From assembly GCA_017302855.1 (NCBI GenBank), contig JAFLBY010000002.1:1-59331 (forward strand): DNA of 59,331 nucleotides, written 5' to 3'. Numbering within the stretch: the stretch's first letter is position 1; every line of letters starts with the position of its first letter. Shown here piece by piece: positions 38,425 to 46,647 of the stretch. The notes below the pieces were generated by a model. That model had not been told where the DNA came from, searched no databases, and was given only the letters and a program-made list of their open reading frames with translations. The position numbers and the translations under genes are program-made. This stretch comes from Candidatus Kapaibacterium sp. Its GTDB lineage: Bacteria > Bacteroidota > Ignavibacteria > Kapaibacteriales > UBA961.

Positions 38425-40524
38425 TTATTCTTTCTCCAAGAAATAGGTCTTCATTATGCCTTTGCCTTTGATGTCAATTTCACCACGCGGGATAAACCGT
38501 AGAGACGGGGCATGCACCGTCTCTACGGCATGTTTAAATTCTTCCGACACATGGATTTTCCCCGCTTCACCGTGACTTTCCATTCTGCTTGCGGTGTTCA
38601 CGGCATCGCCCCATAAATCATAAAGAAACTTGTTCTCGCCAACAACACCCGCCGCAACCGGACCGCAATGCAGACCAATGCGCACTTCTATTTCGGGAAT
38701 ACTCTCTATCCAACTTCTATCACCATATTCAGGAGGAAAACTTACCACTAAGTTTTGCATGACATCAAGCAGTTTGAGTGCGGCGTTTGCGGCTCTTTGG
38801 GCATGGTCTTCTTGCACAATCGGTGCGCCGGCAACTGCCATGTAGGCATCACCGATGGTTTTGATTTTCTCCAAGCCGAACTCGCGCATCACAGCATCTG
38901 CAGAAGAGAAGATGGCATTGAGTAAATATACAAGTTGCTGCGCGGAAATAGTTGTCGAGAGTTTTGTAAAATCAACAATATCCATGAAGAGAACTGAAAC
39001 ACAATCGTAGGTATCCGCTATGGGATTTTCACCTTTTATCAGGCGTTGAGTTATTTCTTCGGGAAGGATATTGTTCAGGATGCGCTTCTCTGCGATGGCG
39101 CGTGTGCGCTCTATTTCAATTTCTTTTTCGCGCTCGGCGGCTTGCCTACGTTGCTCCATGAGTCCGGCTTGCTTATGTGCTTCCTCGCTTTGGACTTCTT
39201 TTTCTAATTCATGGTATTTCTCGAAATGGTACTGACAATCTTTCCAACGTTCTAATTGTTTGTATAACTCTGCTATGGTTTTATGAAATTCATATAAGTA
39301 ATTTTTCGTTCCGAGTTCCTCATTCATGCTAATAGCCCGCAGGAGGTATTCCTCTGCTTTTACAGGATCATAACCGTCGAATTCCTGCTTTGCATAGGTT
39401 TCTCCGATGGTGCCGAGATGTCTTGCCACTCCTGCTTTGTTCCCGAGTTCTTCATCGAGCGCTAATGCCTTGCCATAGTACTCCAAAGCACGGGCATAGT
39501 CCGAGAGATTCTGATGCACAATCCCGATATTGCCCAGCCAACTTGCCACGCCTGCTTTATAACCGAGTTCTTCATGGAGCGCTAATGCCTTGCCGTAATA
39601 GTCCAAGGCATGGGGATAGTCCGAGAGATTCGCAAGCACACCCCCGATGTTGCCGAGATTTCTTGCCATGCCTCCTTTGTTGCCGAGTTCTTCATTGAGT
39701 GATAATGCCTTGCCATAGTACTCCAAGGCACGAGCATAGTCCGAGATACTCTGATGCACAATCCCGATATTGCCAAGATTAGCTGCCACCCCTACTTTGT
39801 TGCCGAGTTCTTCATGGAGTGATAATGCCTTGCCCAAGTACTCCAAGGCACGGGAATAGTCCGAGAGATTCTGATAGACATTCCCGATATTGCCCAGCCA
39901 ACTTGCCACGCCTGCTTTATTGCCGAGTGCTTCATTGAGTGATAATGCCTTGCCCAAGTACTCCAAGGCAAGCGCATAGTCCGAGAGATTCGCTTGCACA
40001 ATCCCGATGGTGCCGAGATGTCTTGCCACGCCTGCTTTATTGCCGAGTGCTTCATCGAGTGCCAATGCCTTACCATAGTACTCCAAGGCAAGGGAATAGT
40101 CCGAGAGATTCCGATGCACATTCCCGATATTACCGAGAGATGTTGCCACCGCTGCTTTGTTGCCGAGTTCTTCATGGAGTGCTAATGCCTTACCATAGTA
40201 CTCCAAGGCAAGCGCATAGTCCGAGAGATTCCGATGCACAAGCCCGATATTGCCGAGTGCTTTGGCTTGCAGTTCTTTGCTTTCTATTCGTTCTGCAAGT
40301 GTAAGGGCTTGTTCGGCATACGGCAATGCATCTTGCGCCATGCCACGCCGACGCAGAGATTCTGAGAGAGCAAGCAGGATGCGACAGTGGAGTTCCGGTT
40401 CATTGATAAGAGCATTTTCTGCAAGCAGTTCGCGTGCTTGGGTTTCGGCTTGATCATAGTCAGAACCGCTCTGAATCATTGCTTCGAGTTCTTCTACTTT
40501 GGTTTTGAGTTCGTCGGCTGTCAT
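38425..40524 (-). CDS. TPR-repeat class III adenylate cyclase
   Basis: Seven near-uniform 40-aa TPR units, then [40 protein letters not shown]. Confidence 0.9.
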   Translation of the reverse strand: MTADELKTKVEELEAMIQSGSDYDQAETQARELLAENALINEPELHCRILLALSESLRRRGMAQDALPYAEQALTLAERIESKELQAKALGNIGLVHRNLSDYALALEYYGKALALHEELGNKAAVATSLGNIGNVHRNLSDYSLALEYYGKALALDEALGNKAGVARHLGTIGIVQANLSDYALALEYLGKALSLNEALGNKAGVASWLGNIGNVYQNLSDYSRALEYLGKALSLHEELGNKVGVAANLGNIGIVHQSISDYARALEYYGKALSLNEELGNKGGMARNLGNIGGVLANLSDYPHALDYYGKALALHEELGYKAGVASWLGNIGIVHQNLSDYARALEYYGKALALDEELGNKAGVARHLGTIGETYAKQEFDGYDPVKAEEYLLRAISMNEELGTKNYLYEFHKTIAELYKQLERWKDCQYHFEKYHELEKEVQSEEAHKQAGLMEQRRQAAEREKEIEIERTRAIAEKRILNNILPEEITQRLIKGENPIADTYDCVSVLFMDIVDFTKLSTTISAQQLVYLLNAIFSSADAVMREFGLEKIKTIGDAYMAVAGAPIVQEDHAQRAANAALKLLDVMQNLVVSFPPEYGDRSWIESIPEIEVRIGLHCGPVAAGVVGENKFLYDLWGDAVNTASRMESHGEAGKIHVSEEFKHAVETVHAPSLRFIPRGEIDIKGKGIMKTYFLEKE
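38497..38528. repeat. CDS-embedded 32-nt palindrome (variant A, one inner mismatch)
   Basis: CCGTAGAGACGGGGCATGCACCGTCTCTACGG has 12-bp perfect outer arms. Confidence 0.9.
39405..40250. repeat. Tandem 120-bp in-frame repeats (7 TPR units of 40 aa)
   Basis: An exact 120-bp period is visible, e.g. cttgccac at 39422 and 39542. Long identical stretches such as ccttgccatagtactccaaggca and tagtccgagagattc recur. Confidence 0.85.
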
Positions 40525-40593
40525 GGTCTAAACTGTGATTTGTGTGATTGTTTTGATTACTGTGATTGTTTTTGTATTTGATATTTTTTCATT

Positions 40594-40619
40594 TAGGACA
40601 GCCACATAGGGCTGTCCTA
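40594..40619. repeat. Intergenic REP-like palindrome
   Basis: TAGGACAGCC-ACATAG-GGCTGTCCTA forms a 10-bp stem. Confidence 0.85.
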
Positions 40620-40628
40620 CAAATCCTA

Positions 40629-40697
40629 TCAATCCTGTTCAGACAATTTCTCCAAGAAATATGTCTTCATCATGCCTTTACCCTTTATTTCCATTTC
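40629..40697 (-). pseudogene. 3'-terminal remnant (~22 codons) of a cyclase gene
   Basis: The reverse translation reads ..[23 protein letters not shown], identical in tail to the 44405 and 46648 genes. Nothing cyclase-like lies upstream, and the BNR gene stop is at 40729. Confidence 0.8.
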
Positions 40698-40728
40698 TCT
40701 ACGGTTCGTTGTCATTATTTTTTTTCAA

Positions 40729-43700
40729 TCAATTTTTTTCTTTTTTCTTGATGCGGACGGCGGGCAATGCGTAGCCCGATGCAGCGGTATTGAATGCAGG
40801 CAGGTCGCGTTCTTTCACACGTGCATAGCGATCTAACTCGCGCTGAATAAGCGCTTCGATACGTGCAACGGCGGCATAGGTTTGCTCGGTGGGGCGCGTA
40901 TCCGCCGAGGCAACAGTGCTTGCTAAAGCAGCGAGTTTGTTGCCAAGTTTCATGGGATAGTTCAGCAGGTCTTGACCCGCCTTCGCTTTGGTCTGCACCA
41001 ATGCTTCCTCAACCGATGTCAGCGTATCGTCCATGCGTTTTGCAAGTGCGCGGATGTCCTTTGTTTTTGTTGTGTCGCCCACGGCATCGGCAATACGACC
41101 AAGTACTGTATTAAACTGTGTTTTCATATCGCGCAGCGCAATCACGGCATCGTGTGTTTCACTTACTTTTTTGTTGATGCGGGTGTGCAACTCGAACTGT
41201 GCGCGGAAGTCATCCGGCGGAATGTTCACGCTTGGGATAATGCGGAACGGCTGCTTTGCAATAACCGAATCGCCGAGTTTCAGCCGAACAGAATATGTAC
41301 CCGGTACTGCACGCGGACCCGCAGTGCTTGCACCCCACATTACCACCGGCGATTCTGTTGCATTCGGGTAGCGCATATTCCACACAAAACGGTTGAAGCC
41401 GCTGTCGGCGGGTACTGCACCTGTGCTTCGCATCCGCTCTTGTTTGGGGTAGAATTTATTCTCCGATTTTACGGGTTCGCCTTTTGCGTCCTTATTGGAA
41501 CTGTATGCAATGATGAGTGAATCGCGTGCATCCAAAAACTCAAGAGTAATTGCTTTGTCGGGACGTGTTCGCAAACTATAATGTACCATCACGCCATTGG
41601 GTGCATTCTCGCCGGTTTGCATTTGTGGCGATGACCATGAGCCACCTTCGATACGATAACTTGGTCGCGGCGTGTACAGAATTATGTCGGCATCTGCTTT
41701 GACCTCTGCCATTTGCCGTAATGGTGAGATATCGTCGAGTATCCAGAACGAGCGTCCATGTGTGGCAAGGATAAGGTCGTCGTCACGCTCATGAAGAACC
41801 ATGTCGTGAATTGGTGTGTGCGGCAGGTTCAGTTGCAGTGGTTGCCAAATGCCGCCGTCGTTGAAGGAAACAAATACCCCTGTTTCTGTGCCGCAATAAA
41901 GCAGTCCTTTGCGCTTCGTGTCTTCGCGAATAACGCGCGTGTAGCTTGGAGCACTGATACCATTTGTTATCATCACCCACGTTTTACCAAAGTCGGTAGT
42001 GCGGAGCAGATATGGCTGTTGGTCGTCGGCTGATTTATAGCGAGTAGCCGCGATATATGCTGTCCCGGTATTGAAGCGACTTGCCTCGATAATACTGATA
42101 AGTGCGGGCTTGCCGCTATTCGGCAGATTCTTCGGCGTAACATCTGTCCATGAGCCGCCGCCATTGGTCGAGAGATGCACCAAACCATCGTCACTTCCCG
42201 CCCAGAGAATGTTCTTATCAAGCGGCGATTCGGCAAAGGCAAAGATGGTGCAATGTGTTTCCACCCCTGTATTGTCTTTGGTAATCATCCCGCCCGATGG
42301 TTGCTGTTTCGTAGAATCATTCGTCGTCAAGTCGGGCGAGATTTTCTCCCATGCATAACCGGCATTTGTTGTGCGGAATACATGATTGCCGCAAGCGTAG
42401 AGTGTTGATGAATCATGCTTCGAGAACACAATGGGAAATGTCCACTGAAAGCGATAGACGTGATTGGTTGCGCCGCTGCCCACAACATTGTCAGGATAGA
42501 CACTTACATCTTGGTCTTGTGTGGTAGTGCGGTTCAACTTCGAGAGGAAACCACCATAGTTTCCACCGTAGATGATGTTCTCATCCTTGGGATCAATGGC
42601 TATATAACCCGACTCACCACCCGCAGCGACAAACCAGTCGCGTTCGTCAATAGACCAGCCCGTGGTGCGCGAAGCAATACCAACGGAAGAGTTATCCTGT
42701 TGGCAACCATACACTCGGTACGGAATGTGATTATCAGTCGTGACATGGTAAAACTGTGCTGTGGGGATGTCGAGTTGGGTGAAGCTGTCGCCGCCGGTAT
42801 TGGTAACGGTTGCGCCACCATCATCGGCAAGAATAAAGCGTTCGGGGTCGGCGGGGTCAATCCACATATCATGGTGGTCGCCGTGCATTGTTCCGATTCC
42901 TTTAAAGCTTCGCCCGCCATCGGTGGATTTGTGGAAGCCCACATTGAGCGCATAGATAACATCGGGATTTTTGGGGTCGGCGGTGATATGCGAGAAATAC
43001 CACGGGCGTTGGCGAATGGATTTTTCGTCGCAAGTTCGCTGCCACGTTTTGCCTGCATCGTCGCTACGGAAGAGTCCGCCGTTTTCGTTTTCAATCATTG
43101 CCCACAGGCGGTTGCGCTGTGCGGGTGAGCAAGCGATACGTATTTTACCGAGCATACCCTTAGGCAATCCTGTATTGGTACTTATCTCTGTCCATGTATC
43201 GCCGCCATCGGTGGATTTGAACAAGCCGCATCCTTTACCTCCGCTTGACATTGAATACGCATTGCGGTATGCCTGCCAGAGTGCGGCATAGAGAATGCGC
43301 GGATTGTGCGGGTCGCGTTGAATATCAATCGCTCCGGTGCTGTCGCCTAATGTGCCGCTGCGCTTCAGAACATTTTTCCATGTTGTGCCACCGTCGGTGG
43401 TTTTGTAAATGCCTCGCTCGCCACCCGTACCGAAGATGCGCCCCATGCACGCAGCAAGAACCTCATCGGGATTAGCAGGGTGAATACTGATTTTGCCGAT
43501 AGCGAACGATTCTTGCAAGCCCGCCCGCTTCCATGTTGCACCGGCATCGGTGGTTTTATACATCCCATCGCCGAAGGAGATATTGCCGCGAATATCACAT
43601 TCACCTGTGCCGGCATAAAGGACATTTGCATCGCTTGGTGCAATGGCAATCGCACCAATGGACGACGCAACAAATGTGTTATCGCTTATGGGATTCCATG

Positions 43701-43935
43701 ATTCACCGGCATCGGTTGTACGCCAGATGCCTCCACCCGTTGCACCAAAGTAATAGGTCTTGCGGTCGCCCGCCACACCTGTGCAAGCAAGCGAACGTCC
43801 GCCACGAAAAGGACCGATACAACGGTACTTCATGCCGTCATATAAATGGGCGGGAACTTGGGCGGCAATGTGGATATGTGGGAAAAGCTGTGTATATAGT
43901 AGGATACTAAAAAAAACGAATCGGAGTGCTAACAT
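40729..43935 (-). CDS. BNR/sortilin-VPS10-like repeat protein (glycosyl-hydrolase-like, secreted)
   Basis: Signal peptide and nine or more S/T-x-D-x-G-x-T/S-W motifs (TTDAGESW, TTDAGATW, TTDGGTTW, STDGGDTW, SDDAGKTW, STDGGRSF, STNGGGSW, TTDFGKTW). It is visibly GC-richer than its neighbours. Confidence 0.8.
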   Translation of the reverse strand: MLALRFVFFSILLYTQLFPHIHIAAQVPAHLYDGMKYRCIGPFRGGRSLACTGVAGDRKTYYFGATGGGIWRTTDAGESWNPISDNTFVASSIGAIAIAPSDANVLYAGTGECDIRGNISFGDGMYKTTDAGATWKRAGLQESFAIGKISIHPANPDEVLAACMGRIFGTGGERGIYKTTDGGTTWKNVLKRSGTLGDSTGAIDIQRDPHNPRILYAALWQAYRNAYSMSSGGKGCGLFKSTDGGDTWTEISTNTGLPKGMLGKIRIACSPAQRNRLWAMIENENGGLFRSDDAGKTWQRTCDEKSIRQRPWYFSHITADPKNPDVIYALNVGFHKSTDGGRSFKGIGTMHGDHHDMWIDPADPERFILADDGGATVTNTGGDSFTQLDIPTAQFYHVTTDNHIPYRVYGCQQDNSSVGIASRTTGWSIDERDWFVAAGGESGYIAIDPKDENIIYGGNYGGFLSKLNRTTTQDQDVSVYPDNVVGSGATNHVYRFQWTFPIVFSKHDSSTLYACGNHVFRTTNAGYAWEKISPDLTTNDSTKQQPSGGMITKDNTGVETHCTIFAFAESPLDKNILWAGSDDGLVHLSTNGGGSWTDVTPKNLPNSGKPALISIIEASRFNTGTAYIAATRYKSADDQQPYLLRTTDFGKTWVMITNGISAPSYTRVIREDTKRKGLLYCGTETGVFVSFNDGGIWQPLQLNLPHTPIHDMVLHERDDDLILATHGRSFWILDDISPLRQMAEVKADADIILYTPRPSYRIEGGSWSSPQMQTGENAPNGVMVHYSLRTRPDKAITLEFLDARDSLIIAYSSNKDAKGEPVKSENKFYPKQERMRSTGAVPADSGFNRFVWNMRYPNATESPVVMWGASTAGPRAVPGTYSVRLKLGDSVIAKQPFRIIPSVNIPPDDFRAQFELHTRINKKVSETHDAVIALRDMKTQFNTVLGRIADAVGDTTKTKDIRALAKRMDDTLTSVEEALVQTKAKAGQDLLNYPMKLGNKLAALASTVASADTRPTEQTYAAVARIEALIQRELDRYARVKERDLPAFNTAASGYALPAVRIKKKEKN

Positions 43936-44174
43936 TGGTAGTGCCGGTTTGTATGAGTAAATACCGTGGCAAATGTACGACGAAGCGTATGTGTTTCGCT
44001 TTGGCCATCACTGCTATACGTAACTGATTTTTCATGTTCCTTGAACTCTCTTCCATAATATTCAAAATCGAAGACTTGTTCGGCAATGTGCTGCTCTTCA
44101 TGTGCTAAGCACCATTGATTACAGGGGTTTGATAATGAAACAAGTGCTCTGCTTTGTAGTTGTTCGGGTGTCAT
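43929..44174 (-). CDS. Small hypothetical ORF; its first codons resemble a cyclase N-terminus (possible chimeric remnant)
   Basis: MTPEQLQSRA.. starts right after a cyclase-type leader and resembles the MTQEELQ / MTAEEL starts of the paralogues. The rest has no recognisable family. It overlaps the BNR start by 7 nt. Confidence 0.3.
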   Translation of the reverse strand: MTPEQLQSRALVSLSNPCNQWCLAHEEQHIAEQVFDFEYYGREFKEHEKSVTYSSDGQSETHTLRRTFATVFTHTNRHYQC

Positions 44175-44236
44175 AAGTGTATTTGTTTGATTGTTTTGAT
44201 TACTGTGATTGTTTTTAGTGTTTGATATTTTTTCGT

Positions 44237-44396
44237 GTAGAACAGCCACATAGGGCTGTTCTACAAATCATGGTCCGGACATTGTTTCTTTTGTATTTCA
44301 TTTTATGTCAGCCACATAGGGCTGTTCTACAAATCATCGTCCGGACATTGTTTCTTTTGTATTTCATTTTATGTCAGCCACATAGGGCTGTCCTAC
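44237..44396. repeat. Three REP-like palindromes in 66-bp tandem units
   Basis: GTAGAACAGCC-ACATAG-GGCTGTTCTAC (44237..44264, perfect 11-bp stem), then weaker copies at 44307..44330 and 44373..44396. The CAGCC cores lie at 44243, 44309 and 44375, giving a 66-bp period. Confidence 0.9.
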
Positions 44397-44404
44397 AAAT
44401 CCTA

Positions 44405-46477
44405 TCAATCCTGTTCAGACAATTTCTCCAAAAAATAGGTCTTCATCATTCCCTTGCCTTTGATTTCCATTTCGCCACGGGGAATAAACCGTAGAGACGG
44501 TGCGTGCACCGTCTCTACGGCATGTTTAAATTCTTCCGACACATGGATTTTCCCTGCTTCGCCATGACTCTCCATCCGGCTTGCGGTGTTCACTGCGTCG
44601 CCCCACATATCATACGAAAATTTAACTTCGCCTATTATTCCTGCAACGACACTTCCTGTATGCAAGCCAATGCGTACTGAAATTTGTCCGACGGAATCAA
44701 CAATAAAATTATCCATCAATTCTGATACCTCGAGCGCAAAGAGTCCTGTACGTTCTGCATGATTATTGCATTGATTTGGTGCACCACATACCGCCATGTA
44801 GGCATCGCCGATTGTTTTAATTTTCTCCAAACCGTACTTACGCGATAGCTGGTCAAATTGTGAGAATAATCTATTCAACATCTGGACTAAGCTCTCTGCG
44901 GATATTTGCTGCGATAAGTGAGTAAAGCCAACAATATCCGAGAAAAAGACTGACACATTTTGGTGGACATCGGCTATGGTCCTTTCGCCCTGCAATATCC
45001 GTTCGGCTATCTGAGCAGGGAGAGTATTATAGAGGAGTTTCTCTTGCTCTTGAAACCGTGCGATTTTTACCTGACGGTCACGCTCGGCTTCTTCTACTTT
45101 GCGACGATACTCCATGAGTTGACTCTGTCTGGTTGCTTCTTCACTTTGAACCTGTTTTTCTACGGTATGATAGTGCTCAAAATAATCATAAGCTTCTGCT
45201 TTTCGATTTGTATTTTTATAGAGTTCGGCAACTGCTTTGTCATATTTGTACAAATGCTGCTTTGCTCCTACTTCTTTACTAAGAGCAATTGCTTTCAACA
45301 GAAACTCTTCGGCTTTACCAGCATCATAGCCAACAAACTGATCGTCAGCATACAGTGAGCCAATATTCCCTGAAACATTGGCAATACCTGATTTTTCACC
45401 AAGTTCTTCATGAGCCATAAGTGCGCGGGTATAGTAATCCAACGCTTTATCATAACTACCAATGAGTGTATATACATTCCCGATATTGCCCAATACTAAA
45501 GCAGCTGAGGACTTACGACCAAGTTCTTGATGTGTGGCAAGAGCTTTCATAAAATATTCGAGCGCTTGTTCATAACTTCTAAGTTCAGCATACACGATAC
45601 CTATATTACCTCCAAGCGTTGCTACATCGGTCTTATTATCTTGTTCTTCTTGCTCAGCAAGTGCTTTGAGGTAGTATTCAAGTGCTTTATCATGTTGACC
45701 GAGGGAATTATACACACTGCCTATATTGGCTGTAAATCGCGCTGCCCTCGCCTTTTCTCCGCGCAGACTACTATCGGCAACAGCTTTGTATAAGTATTCG
45801 AGTGCTTTATCATAACTTCCAAGAGCATAATAGAGACCACCAATATTACCGTTAAGCTGACAAATTGATGGTATGTCTTCGAGTTCTTCGGATATACTAA
45901 GTGCTTCAATATAATGCGCCATTGATACATCATAGTTACCCATACTTCTATAGACAATACCAAGATTGGTATTATTCCTTGCAATACCATCTTTAGCTCC
46001 GATTTCTCTATTAATAGCGAGAGCTTGTTTTTGATATTCTGCGGCAAGAGGGTAATCTGCCAGATTTTGATAAATAACACCAAGATTCCCACGATCGCGT
46101 GCCATCCCGACATTATGACCTAACTCTTCATCAAGAGCAAGAGCTTTAGTACAATAGTTAAGTGCTTGTTGATAGTCACCAAGAAGCGTATATACTACCC
46201 CAAGTGTACTCATTGCTTTCGCTTCTTGATATAGGTCTTTCGCTTGTATGGATAAAGACAGTGCCAGTTCAGCTTTTTCGAGCGATTGTTTAAGCATCCC
46301 GCGCATCCGCAGAGAATCAGATAGTACAAGTAAGGCACTACTGTGAACACAAGATGTGTCATCAACAGGAACTGCTTTTATAAGCTCTGAGGCATAGTAT
46401 TCTGCATCGGCATATTCTCCCATTTTCTGTGATTCCTGCGCCCTGTCAAGCATTGCTTGTAGTTCTTCTTGTGTCAT
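44405..46477 (-). CDS. TPR-repeat class III adenylate cyclase
   Basis: Start set at MTQEELQ (46477), because the ORF-track extension reads through the conserved leader. [40 protein letters not shown]. Confidence 0.9.
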   Translation of the reverse strand: MTQEELQAMLDRAQESQKMGEYADAEYYASELIKAVPVDDTSCVHSSALLVLSDSLRMRGMLKQSLEKAELALSLSIQAKDLYQEAKAMSTLGVVYTLLGDYQQALNYCTKALALDEELGHNVGMARDRGNLGVIYQNLADYPLAAEYQKQALAINREIGAKDGIARNNTNLGIVYRSMGNYDVSMAHYIEALSISEELEDIPSICQLNGNIGGLYYALGSYDKALEYLYKAVADSSLRGEKARAARFTANIGSVYNSLGQHDKALEYYLKALAEQEEQDNKTDVATLGGNIGIVYAELRSYEQALEYFMKALATHQELGRKSSAALVLGNIGNVYTLIGSYDKALDYYTRALMAHEELGEKSGIANVSGNIGSLYADDQFVGYDAGKAEEFLLKAIALSKEVGAKQHLYKYDKAVAELYKNTNRKAEAYDYFEHYHTVEKQVQSEEATRQSQLMEYRRKVEEAERDRQVKIARFQEQEKLLYNTLPAQIAERILQGERTIADVHQNVSVFFSDIVGFTHLSQQISAESLVQMLNRLFSQFDQLSRKYGLEKIKTIGDAYMAVCGAPNQCNNHAERTGLFALEVSELMDNFIVDSVGQISVRIGLHTGSVVAGIIGEVKFSYDMWGDAVNTASRMESHGEAGKIHVSEEFKHAVETVHAPSLRFIPRGEMEIKGKGMMKTYFLEKLSEQD
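44489..44520. repeat. CDS-embedded 32-nt palindrome, variant A (perfect)
   Basis: CCGTAGAGACGGTGC-GT-GCACCGTCTCTACGG. Confidence 0.95.
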
Positions 46478-46545
46478 TGTCTCAACTGTGATTTGTTTGA
46501 TTATTTTGATTGCTGTGATTGTTTTTTGTGTTGATATTTTTTCGT

Positions 46546-46639
46546 GTAGGACAGCCACATAAGGCTGTTCTACAAATCATGGTCCGGACATTGTTTCTTT
46601 TGTATTTCATTTTATGTCAGCCACATAGGGCTGTCCTAC
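46546..46639. repeat. Two REP-like palindromes, one 66-bp unit
   Basis: GTAGGACAGCCACATAAGGCTGTTCTAC (46546..46573) and GTCAGCCACATAGGGCTGTCCTAC (46616..46639). Confidence 0.9.
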
Positions 46640-46647
46640 AAATCCTA

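Noticed and set aside
39390-40304. Several 60-127 aa ORFs on both strands inside TPR genes with periodic peptides (HSPRDS, MKNSATKQAWQ...). The same pattern occurs at 54951..55586, 32549..33064, 45721..46113 and 47805..48110.
   Set aside because: They are alternative-frame and antisense shadows of the 120-bp TPR repeat. They have no independent start context and fully overlap strongly supported CDSs.
43929-44249. N-terminal extensions MAVLHEKIS... / MYDSPMWLF... given by the ORF track for 43929..44249, 44405..46558 and 53950..56031.
   Set aside because: The extensions translate the conserved leader and REP-like repeat. The internal starts (MTPEQL, MTQEEL, MTHDEL) align with the N-termini of the other paralogues.
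44222-44494. Regularly spaced palindromic repeats resembling a mini-CRISPR array, plus a 90-aa + strand ORF with repeated QPHRAVLQI peptides.
   Set aside because: There are only 2-3 units. The spacers between palindromes are identical to each other (it is a 66-bp tandem duplication), and no cas genes are present. The ORF is a read-through artefact of the repeat. The same applies to 46519..46737 and 40566..40751.
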